Positions 53,124-61,633 of a stretch of DNA of 64,000 nucleotides are shown piece by piece. The DNA is taken from assembly GCA_965214835.1 (NCBI GenBank), contig CBDCCK010000002.1, positions 1,984,001-2,048,000 on the forward strand. Reading direction: 5' to 3'. The translations under genes were made by a program, and so were the position numbers. The DNA is from Nitrosopumilaceae archaeon. GTDB lineage: Archaea; Thermoproteota; Nitrososphaeria; Nitrososphaerales; Nitrosopumilaceae. The notes beneath the pieces are model-generated. The model had not been told where the DNA came from. It saw only the letters and a program-made list of their open reading frames with translations, and ran no database searches. Positions within the stretch are counted from its first letter, which is position 1, and every line of letters begins with the position of its first letter.

Positions 53124-53540
53124 TTGCCGTTTGCTGCCGGCAGGCTGGTCCGATTCTTTACGGAGAAAAAGACAAACTTACTGTATGTCGTAATGCCTGC
53201 ATGCGGATCATTGATGTTGATCGATAACTGGTGTCGGAAGGCGATAGATGAGGCGATAGATGTCGTAATGCCTGCATGCGGATCATTGATGCAGTTTTTG
53301 GGTTTTTTTGAGATAAGCACGAGATATGCTACGTTGAACCCTGCAGCCATGATCATGCTCTTCTTTTGGGAGCTGACATCAATATACAAAATAGAAGTTG
53401 ACTATCTTTTAGCATTCTTTATAGTGATTGGCTCGAACCTGCTGTTCTGGGTTCCAATGGCCCGCTATGTCATGATTCCGCTTCTGAACAGGGTGTTTTA
53501 CCCCAAAGGTCGAGATGGGAAGGGATCATCTAACCGCTGA
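53124..53540 (+). CDS. Membrane protein downstream of cassette A
   Basis: Several hydrophobic helices and an internal 31-bp duplication (VVMPACGSLM twice). Confidence 0.55.
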   Translation: MPFAAGRLVRFFTEKKTNLLYVVMPACGSLMLIDNWCRKAIDEAIDVVMPACGSLMQFLGFFEISTRYATLNPAAMIMLFFWELTSIYKIEVDYLLAFFIVIGSNLLFWVPMARYVMIPLLNRVFYPKGRDGKGSSNR

Positions 53541-54347
53541 TTTTCACATCCTGTGCGTGACTCAGACTCGAACCCTTCCTAGTTAAGACCCAATCCAAGA
53601 ATGGGTTTGTTGGGCAACCTGCGCCTTATGGGTTTATCAAATTCGACGGCGCAAGAGTTTACCTAGCCGGCATTTGCAATGGTGGCGGATGACGTGTCAT
53701 GCCTGCCCACAACCTAAACACAAGGCACTGGCATCACTGGTCACGCACCATTGCCCTCAGCAGATCCCTTTTCCCATTCCAGACATCCTGAATCCGGCGG
53801 ATATCTTGCACTTTTTTGCACAGCTCGGAAAGGCATCGCAATACGGGAAATACTGAAAATTCAAAATCTCAAAAGCCACTCTCAGTATAACCCAAAGTAT
53901 ATCATCAGAAAACATGACATAATTGTTCATGGCCAAGGCGGTTCTATAGGCTATTTTTTCACGACTTGGCCAGAAAACTTGACTCGAAATGATTTTTCGT
54001 TCAAATACGAAGGCGGATAATCAAAGTGAGGGGCGGCGATTCTGCAAAATTATTTCCATGACTCCAAATCAGAAAATTTGACTCTGGAAATGGCTTTTCA
54101 CATATGAAGATGGGCAATCAGAACCAAAAGGACAATCATAACAACAAAGAAGTTTTGAAGTGCCTTAAATTCAGAAGGGATGGGAAGAAACATCGGAAAC
54201 GGATAGGTTATTTTCAGAATCAGAATCCAAGACAAGTTGACATGATATAATATCGCCAGATTATCATAAAAAAATCACGATCATGTAGATTAATGTCATA
54301 TCACAGGGCCCGGGCATGTAATTTTCTCAGATAATATCATGATAATC

Positions 54348-54604
54348 AAAGAGCGATTAAAAATTACAGGTTTTTGACGGGCAAAAGATTCAAAAGATTC
54401 CAAGATGTACGGTATATCGTGACAGGATAGAAAGGGAAATAGCCAATACCCTCAGATTGTGTAAACTCCGTGTTTTCATGCTCATTTGATTCCTGTCATG
54501 ATTCTTGGTATTTCTTCGTACACGATATTATAATTTTAAAATTGGTTATCTGTGGTTAATCGTAATAATTTCAGCCCAGGGGGATGACTTTGGCCGGTCG
54601 GTTC
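54348..54604 (+). repeat. About 250-bp diverged direct repeat (copy 2 at 55683-55934, partial copy at 60123-60270)
   Basis: Shared GACAGGATAGAAAGGGAAATAGCCAATACCCTCAGA and TAATTTCAGCCCAGGGG. Confidence 0.85.
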
Positions 54605-54620
54605 ATAGCTATGGTGTGAA

Positions 54621-54833
54621 GTCTGAGGAAATCCTTCACTCAGGTAGGGTACAAGGGACTGGGACGACTCTGACGTCCCAGAAGGCTGTGGGATACAGGG
54701 CCCACGTCAGGGGCCTGGGAGTCTTTGATTTTCAGGCCCCGGAGGGGGCCTGACGTGTGGTGGATTGGAGACCCAGAAGGGTATCCATGGGAGACTTGAC
54801 TGGTCGTTTTTGTGTCTGGTGAAGTAATGCGAG
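54621..54833 (+). ncRNA. Conserved structured element, module 1
   Basis: Stems CTGAG/CTCAG, GGGACG/CGTCCC and CACGTCAGG/CCTGACGTG. Ends with TAATGCGAG. Confidence 0.5.
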
Positions 54834-54902
54834 AGATCCGGTCCAAGTGCCGGCAACGTCAGGCAGAAAAAAAATAGTGAAAATGTAGCTTTTTGCGATA
54901 GT

Positions 54903-55084
54903 CAAAAGTTACACTATGTACATTTTGGGGCGGCCAAAAGTTACACTATGTACATTTTGGGGCGGCCAAAAGTTACACTATGTACATTTTGGGGCGGCCA
55001 AAAGTTACACTATGTACATTTTGGGGCGGCCAAAAGTTACACTATGTACATTTTGGGGCGGCCAAAAGTTACACTATGTACATT
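54903..55084 (+). repeat. 32-bp tandem repeat, about 5.7 copies
   Basis: CAAAAGTTACACTATGTACATTTTGGGGCGGC, no spacers. Confidence 0.95.
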
Positions 55085-55137
55085 ATGTACATTTGGCAAA
55101 AAGTTGGCCCTTAAACGTGAAATTACAGATACAGTAC

Positions 55138-55434
55138 ATGCCTGAAAAAAAATATTATAGAAAGGTGCGCAGGCAGGGCCATAGCCTCGTCATCACGATT
55201 CCAAATGCACTGGTGGAGAATCTCGACATTGACGAGGATCAGATCGTCGAGTTTGTGAGTTTTGAGGATCGGATGGAACTAATCCCCATGCGGACCCAGC
55301 ACACTTCATCAAGCGAAGGCGGCAAGGACAAGTACGATCTTGCGCTTGACAAGGCAATGGAGAATTCCAAAAAGCACGGGGAGGAACCTGATGCCTCCTA
55401 TGATAAAAAACTGGAAAGGCTGCATCTCAAATGA
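55138..55434 (+). CDS. AbrB/MazE/SpoVT-family DNA-binding protein 1
   Basis: RKVRRQGHSLVITIPNALVENLDI. Confidence 0.85.
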   Translation: MPEKKYYRKVRRQGHSLVITIPNALVENLDIDEDQIVEFVSFEDRMELIPMRTQHTSSSEGGKDKYDLALDKAMENSKKHGEEPDASYDKKLERLHLK

Positions 55435-55570
55435 CCAGGGCCGTCACTCCCTGCCTCTCCTTTTCATCTAGGGTCTCGAAGATCTTGTGGATTTTCGGGC
55501 TCCTTGACCACACGTGACACTGCTCAAAGCCAAGTTTTCCCACTTTGTCATGTTGTATCTGACATGCCCG
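55427..55570 (-). other. Conserved convergent small reading frame (CHVWxxSPKIH)
   Basis: Homolog at 59975-60110 differs mainly at third codon positions. Confidence 0.35.
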
Positions 55571-56109
55571 CGACGGCTTTCTGGGATACGGACTCTGCCT
55601 ATGGGGCATCCTGCAACCACAGGCGACAGGATCCGTCCTGTCCTTGGGAAGATGATCTCCTCGGATGATTCCTATGACAGCCAATGAGTGATTAAAAATT
55701 GTAGACTTTTGGCGGGCAAAAGGTTCAAAAGATTCCGAGACACATGATGTATCATGACAGGATAGAAAGGGAAATAGCCAATACCCTCAGAATTGATAAA
55801 CTCTGTTTTTCATGTTCTTGATTCCTGTCATATTTTTTGATATTTCTCCGGACATGATATCATAATTTTAAAATAATTATCTGGGGTTAATTGTAATAAT
55901 TTCAGCCCAGGGGATGATTTTGGCCAGTCGATTCGGAACGGTCATCCGGGGTCTGGAGGGACTAATCTGGCACTCACCGCTTATTTTGGACCCAAGCTGA
56001 ACGGCTTTGACAATTCTTCTTTGCTAACTGGCTAGTCTGAATCTAGCGTTGGGTTCGCTGTTTATGAATGACTTATGGATCGTAAGAAACGATTACGATG
56101 TAGCAGACA

Positions 56110-58653
56110 TTACTTGCTGTGTTTTATTTCCTCAGTATATTTTCTAGTTAAATTATAAAGATCTAACTTATGCTCGGACAATTTTGTCTTTATCAGTTCC
56201 TCTGTAATGTCGTCCAATGGGTATCGGTTGAAGCAAGTATAGAATTTTATGACATTTTCCTTCAAATTGTCGAGGTTCGCCTCTCTGATGACATACGGTT
56301 TTTGCGTAGGAAACGCGTCACGGTTCAACGTATTGGCAGGATGAATTAAAATTGGTTTTAGGTCGCATTCTTCGTAATACTTGTTGAACCAACCTATGTC
56401 GTTATCAAGCTGGCCTATCTCTTTTTTGGAAATGTGTGGTCGATCATATTTCACCTCGTTTTTACACGATATGAGCCAGTACATTTTACCGCCAACGCTC
56501 CACAAGTTGTCAGGTCCCTTGTCACTTTCTTTTTCTGGCCGTTGTGAGGGAAAACCAAGCAGTTCTCCAAGTCCCTTGATCCCCTCTTCAAAGGATTCGG
56601 AGGGAGTGCCAAATGCCACACTGTCTAAAGTACGCCTAAGGTCAGCCATTAGCAAATTGTGGGATTCGTGTTTTCTTATCCATCCTAAAATTTCTGCTTC
56701 ACGGCCATTTGTGTCACTTGAAAGTCTGTTGTAGACCGTACCTAGTTCTGGTTTGTGTAACAAATTATTTTTTTTGAAAGCTTTCTTCTGTTTTTCCATT
56801 GAACCTGTTGCATCGCTGGGATAAAGATAAGTGGCCATTAGCTGTAAATACCAGCCCTTGTCATTTTCTGCAACGGCATCCATGATTTTATTAACTGTTT
56901 TAACGGCGCCGGAAAAATCGTCATGCTGGTATTTTAACTCTGCATCACGTTCTAGTTGGAAGATCTTCAGAAATTCATTACTTAAACATACAGGTTCAAC
57001 CTCTTTCATTTTTTTATCATAATAGCTCTTCCAAGATTTCTCTCGATCCAAAGACTGCTGTATGAGCTTTTCAACTACATCCAACATGTTCCTTCCTTCC
57101 TTTTTCATTTCCTTGGCAAGTATCTCTGCAATTTCAATTTGTTTTTTAGTTTTATCGGATAGAAACTTACGCTTGTCGGTTTCTGAAACAAAATCTGACA
57201 GGCTGTCTCCAGTGATGATAACTATGCACCAGTCGCTACCTCCTCTGATTGCCCTGCCTATGCCCTGTTCTATGCGCTGAGATAATAGTCGCCTCACAGC
57301 GGAAGACCCTTCTCGTACTTTTTGCACATACGATTCAAACAATGACATATGTACAGGCATCGAATCCAAGCACAGAATCCGACATAGACTGTCAGGCAAA
57401 TCGACTCCGTCATATTTGTTTACCAAGACAGTCACCTTCGTGCATCTGTTTTCCCGTATTGCATCTTTGACTTTTTTTAGTTTTTCTTCTAAATTTTTCA
57501 CATCAGCAATGTCCCCACCTTCCCGAGTCCAATCCTCAGCGAGTTTTGACGAGGGAACTATCGACATCGTGCCAAATTCCCCATGCTTTTCGGCCAATTT
57601 GGAAACCCACTTGATCATCTTATATCTAGTCAAAGATGGACTGACTAGTGTAGGAATTATAACGAGTCGTTCACCGCGGTATTTGGATGCTGAGGTTAAT
57701 GGATTAGACACGCTGTCTGCATCTATGCCCAGATCTCTTACTAAAAAGGCGTCATCGTTGAGAGTTGCAGAGAGAAAAATTCGCCGCTTGGCACCTGTGA
57801 ATGAGGGAAGCATATCGATTGGTGACAGCCTCAAAGAAATTTGCATCTTTTTACCGGAGAAGAGGCAGGCAGAAGAAGGGATCTTGTTTTTTAGAAAATC
57901 CCATGCAAACTTTACACTTTGTACGTCTTTGTGTTCGTTCAATATTTCTAGCACGTTTTTGCGATTATCATGCCATGCCCAGAATGGTACTGCCATGACG
58001 CCGTCCGAGCCCCCTTTGATATCGATGCAGGTTCCTTGCGCTTGGCGCATTAGCGGCGCTTCAAACAACGCCCACAGCTCGTTGTAAAGACGTTTTTCTT
58101 CTTCCGAATCATTTTTTGAGACAGTGATAGAGAAAGATTTACGGATTATATCTACACAAGCATGAGCATCATCCATGACCAGAGCCCCAATTGGGACAAT
58201 GTCTTTACCAGATCCAGAAACGGCAAAAACAGACTTGCCGTTAAATAATTTCTGGCAGGTCGTGATCAGGATGGCCTTGGAGTTGCGAAAATCTAAAGGA
58301 AGTTTCCTATCTTCACAGGCCAGAACTGTTTTTATCCCGAATGACTCTGCTTCGCGAGTGGCCTGCTTGACCAGATAAGTGTCAGGACACAAGAAAATAG
58401 CTGGTCCCAGTCCAGCGTTTAAGCTTGATTGCAGCATTAAAAGGCCCAGAAGGGTTTTTCCCTCACCGGTATGGAGTTTGACTATGACATCTTTTTTATC
58501 AAGATGGTTTTCATGCCAGTTTTTTAATATTGTTTCTTGGTTGGTGCGCAGATCTTCCTTGGTTACTTGCTTGTCCAGGCGCTCAAAAATCTTCAGAGGA
58601 TCTGTCTCGTTGGCGTTTGATTCCCCTCCCAGCAGCCTATCAAAATCAACCAA
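56110..58653 (-). CDS. SF2 (DinG/XPD-like) helicase with a C-terminal PD-(D/E)xK-like nuclease (Hna-like)
   Basis: TGEGKT, DDAH, SAT, GVDLP, QGIGRAIR and GPDNLW...ISCKNE. Confidence 0.85.
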   Translation of the reverse strand: MVDFDRLLGGESNANETDPLKIFERLDKQVTKEDLRTNQETILKNWHENHLDKKDVIVKLHTGEGKTLLGLLMLQSSLNAGLGPAIFLCPDTYLVKQATREAESFGIKTVLACEDRKLPLDFRNSKAILITTCQKLFNGKSVFAVSGSGKDIVPIGALVMDDAHACVDIIRKSFSITVSKNDSEEEKRLYNELWALFEAPLMRQAQGTCIDIKGGSDGVMAVPFWAWHDNRKNVLEILNEHKDVQSVKFAWDFLKNKIPSSACLFSGKKMQISLRLSPIDMLPSFTGAKRRIFLSATLNDDAFLVRDLGIDADSVSNPLTSASKYRGERLVIIPTLVSPSLTRYKMIKWVSKLAEKHGEFGTMSIVPSSKLAEDWTREGGDIADVKNLEEKLKKVKDAIRENRCTKVTVLVNKYDGVDLPDSLCRILCLDSMPVHMSLFESYVQKVREGSSAVRRLLSQRIEQGIGRAIRGGSDWCIVIITGDSLSDFVSETDKRKFLSDKTKKQIEIAEILAKEMKKEGRNMLDVVEKLIQQSLDREKSWKSYYDKKMKEVEPVCLSNEFLKIFQLERDAELKYQHDDFSGAVKTVNKIMDAVAENDKGWYLQLMATYLYPSDATGSMEKQKKAFKKNNLLHKPELGTVYNRLSSDTNGREAEILGWIRKHESHNLLMADLRRTLDSVAFGTPSESFEEGIKGLGELLGFPSQRPEKESDKGPDNLWSVGGKMYWLISCKNEVKYDRPHISKKEIGQLDNDIGWFNKYYEECDLKPILIHPANTLNRDAFPTQKPYVIREANLDNLKENVIKFYTCFNRYPLDDITEELIKTKLSEHKLDLYNLTRKYTEEIKHSK

Positions 58654-59038
58654 TCCGTCTCGATTCTATGATCTGACATACCTTGTAAAAACCATCTGTT
58701 TTTGCCACAGTAATGAAGCAGATTACCTGTTCGGATCTGATCGAAAGGCGGTCTAAAGTGGTTCCAGTGTACGATAAAAAGTACGAAGTGCTTTGTCTCA
58801 TACGCGCTTCCTTCCCAGTCAAATTCTGCGTTTATGATCTTGCCGTTCGGATCTCCATCAAGAAAGTCCCTGATCCCATACGGAACCAAGTTCCTGCTTC
58901 ACTTCATCTTCCAGCTTTCCTCCAATTTCTTCGAATCCACCAGTATCAGGTAGAAGCGGTATGCGCTATCAAGCCTTAGGGATGATCCGAAATTGAAATT
59001 AGAAACCTCGCAAATGCCCGGATTTTTCTGTAAGTTTG

Positions 59039-59149
59039 CAGCTAAGTGAAAAGTACCCTGAAATTGAGTAAAAACAAAAACTGGGCATGAGACACAACGC
59101 CTCAGCAGTAAGGCAAAACAACAAATCTCATTTACATTTCACTTAGCTG
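59039..59149. mobile_element. MITE family B
   Basis: IR CAGCTAAGTGAAAAGTA and TACATTTCACTTAGCTG. Confidence 0.7.
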
Positions 59150-59316
59150 GTTTGCCAAGTAGTTTTATAGATAACCTATCATTTGTAAGAATTTTAATCT
59201 ATTAATGTAAATTCATTTATGCTCGTCAGAATTTGCTAATTTCGAATCAGCTCTCAGATCTACCTTCATGTATCAATATGGTTTTGGGTCTATTTTAATC
59301 AGTAGAAGATAGGCGG

Positions 59317-59455
59317 GTCTGAGGAAATCTCTTACTCGGGTAGGGTTGAGGGACGGACGATATGACGTCCCAGAAGGCTGTGGGGATCAGGGATCCACGT
59401 TATGTGGCTCTTGTGTTCTGGTTTCATTTTCTGTGTTTTGTGTATTAATGCGAGT
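59317..59455 (+). ncRNA. Conserved structured element, module 2
   Basis: Stems CTGAG/CTCGG, GGACG/CGTCC and CCAC/GTGG. Ends with TAATGCGAG. Confidence 0.5.
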
Positions 59456-59490
59456 TGAAATTCCGTTACTGGCCCTCGGAGATTGGGGCC

Positions 59491-59634
59491 TTTGGCGCCG
59501 TTTTTTGGCGCCTTTGGCCCCTGTAAGATAGGTACCAAACGCACCTTTGGCGCCGTTTTTTGGCGCCATTGGCCCCTGTCGGGCAGGTACCAAACGCACC
59601 TTTGGCGCCGTTTTTTGGCGCCTTTGGCCCCTGT
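59491..59634 (+). repeat. 55-bp tandem repeat, about 2.6 copies
   Basis: TTTGGCGCCGTTTTTTGGCGCCTTTGGCCCCTGT...GGTACCAAACGCACC. Confidence 0.9.
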
Positions 59635-59665
59635 CTTAAATGAATATCCAACATTTGCTGATGGC

Positions 59666-59974
59666 ATGGAAAAGATACATGAGCGAAGGCTCAGCATCAA
59701 GGACAACTCTTCATTTTTTGCGGTCATTCCATCCGTGATGGTACAAAGCCTAGGTTTGAGACCAGACGAGTACATACGGTTCCACGACCTTGGCGGCAAA
59801 GTCGTGCTGACACCCGGTGGAAAGAGCCTGTCAAAAAAGGACCTCACAGACATTGACTGGTATGAGCGGGCCTTTGATGAGGCAATGAAGGAAGGCAGAC
59901 AAAAAATAGAATGCTCCCCCGCCGGAGAAGCCACCTCCAGGACGAGTGCCTTGGAAAAATTCAGGATCAGATAG
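59666..59974 (+). CDS. AbrB/MazE/SpoVT-family DNA-binding protein 2
   Basis: RRLSIKDNSSFFAVIPSVMVQSLGLRPDEYIRF. The C-terminal helix resembles that of protein 1. Confidence 0.8.
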   Translation: MEKIHERRLSIKDNSSFFAVIPSVMVQSLGLRPDEYIRFHDLGGKVVLTPGGKSLSKKDLTDIDWYERAFDEAMKEGRQKIECSPAGEATSRTSALEKFRIR

Positions 59975-60290
59975 ACACCAGCCCTGTGTCTTTTTCCCCT
60001 CATCCTCAAGGGAGGCGTGAATCTGGTGTATCTTGGGGCTTTTGAACCATACGTGACACCTGTCAGACCCCTCTCTTTCCACTTTGTCATGTTGTACCTT
60101 ACGTGCTCCCAACGGCTGTTTACAACTCTGTTTCTCATGTTTTGGTTCCTGCCATGTTTTCTGATAGTTTCGGCCCCCTTCTCCAGACATGATATTATTA
60201 TGAAATCTTGAGGTTAATCATCTGTGATTAATCGTAGTGATTTCAGCCCGCGAGAATATCTCGGCCCTCGATCCGGAATGACAGTGTGGA

Positions 60291-60433
60291 GTCTGAGGGA
60301 ATTTTTCACTCAGGTAAAGATAAGGGACTGGGACGGCTCTGACGTCCCGGAAGGTTGTGGGGGATCAGGTGCCCTGTTGAGGGTCCCGGGCGTCCTGGTC
60401 TTGTTTTTTGTGAAATCGTAGGGTAATGCGAGT
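60291..60433 (+). ncRNA. Conserved structured element, module 3
   Basis: Stems CTGAG/CTCAG, GGGACG/CGTCCC and GCCCT/AGGGT. Ends with TAATGCGAG. Confidence 0.5.
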
Positions 60434-60451
60434 CAGCTTGCCACGAATGTC

Positions 60452-60492
60452 TTTGCAAAGCTTGCAAGGTTTTTTTGCAAAGCTTGCAAAAA
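60452..60492 (+). repeat. TTTGCAAAGCTTGCAA repeated twice (palindromic units)
   Basis: Seen directly, at the same position relative to the gene as the arrays in modules 1 and 2. Confidence 0.7.
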
Positions 60493-60524
60493 CGCGCCCT
60501 GAGTTTGTTTCAAACTCTGAATGC

Positions 60525-60833
60525 ATGGAATCCGTACAAAAAACATGGCCGAGTCATCTGCGGGCACAGCGGCGGGGCAGTCGTGTCCAGCGTCCCAAAG
60601 AGACTTGTAGACAAGCTGTGGCTTGGGGCAGGGGGGAGAGGGAGGGACTTCTCATAGCGGGCGAGTCAAACGGCACGACAATGGCAAAGCCGATGGAGGC
60701 AAGGCTTGTAAAAAAGGATCTCAAGACGGGAGATGCGGGCGGCGCGTCCTCAAAGGCGCGGGACAGGCCCAAGCACGACAATCCCTTTGATGACCCCGGC
60801 TTTGATCCGCTCCCAGGGCCGGAGATCAAATGA
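60525..60833 (+). pseudogene. AbrB-like protein 3 with compensating frameshifts
   Basis: An alternative frame reads RVICGHSGGAVVSSVPKRLVDKLWLG. KKDL is shared with protein 2. Confidence 0.6.
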
Positions 60834-60863
60834 TGATTACACATGCAGCGGTTGCCAGTAACA

Positions 60864-61115
60864 GGGAAGAAATGTTCCCGCTAGTGGGCTACTGTTGCCA
60901 GCTTCCGGGAAGAAATGTTCCCGCTAGTGGGCTACTGTTGCCAGCTTCCGGGAAGAAATGTTCCCGCTAGTGGGCTACTGTTGCCAGCTTCCGGGAAGAA
61001 ATGTTCCCGCTAGTGGGCTACTGTTGCCAGCTTCCGGGAAGAAATGTTCCCGCTAGTGGGCTACTGTAGCCAGCTTCCGGGAAGAAATGTTCCCGCTAGT
61101 GGGCTACTGTAGCCA
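60864..61115 (+). repeat. 43-bp tandem repeat, about 5.9 copies
   Basis: GGGAAGAAATGTTCCCGCTAGTGGGCTACTGTTGCCAGCTTCC, no spacers. Confidence 0.95.
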
Positions 61116-61375
61116 ACTACAGGAAGGATCGTGGTGTTGCATTGCGATCATCCGGCTCGGCCTCTGGCGCTTTAGGAAAATCCCCACTGCCGTCTGCCCG
61201 AGGAGAACTCAGACAGGATAAACGCAGGTATCACGGGGGGATCGCCAAGGCAAGAGCTTGCCCCCTCCCCGGGATGCGATATGGGGACATGATCATCAAG
61301 ACCCCGGCAGGCAGTGCCGCCCGGGGGCAATCTCCCACCATCAACGATCCTTGGCCCTCTTGGCCGGGGATCCGT

Positions 61376-61454
61376 TAGACTTTATGCGTATTTGCCAAAA
61401 ATGACGCAAAGCTGCATGATTTTTTTGATCTGCACCGATTACGCACAATGTCTG
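61376..61454. mobile_element. IS5-derived mini element
   Basis: Ends TAGACTTTATGCGTA and TACGCACAATGTCT. Confidence 0.5.
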
Positions 61455-61633
61455 TTAGGCGACAGCCCCGCTGTTGCCACAAAAATCCAAGCACCTCCTC
61501 TGACATCAAAATTGCGCCCAACCCTCGCAATCGTGTTATCACACGCATTCACATTTTATATGCAATACCACGCACAAGCAATCAATGGTATGTTTTCCTA
61601 TGCCTGCACAATTATTCCAGCTACGTGATGGCG

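Noticed and set aside
54621-54650. Hammerhead ribozyme (CUGAGGA core)
   Set aside because: No stem II-GAAA-stem III-NUH arrangement follows, and copy 3 reads CUGAGGG.
54916-55137. Repetitive N-terminal extension of the AbrB1 ORF (and 59483-59665 of AbrB2)
   Set aside because: This is translation of the non-triplet DNA repeats. The AbrB fold starts at ATG 55138 and 59666.
54903-61115. Tandem repeats as CRISPR arrays
   Set aside because: The units are contiguous with no unique spacers, and there are no cas genes in the window.
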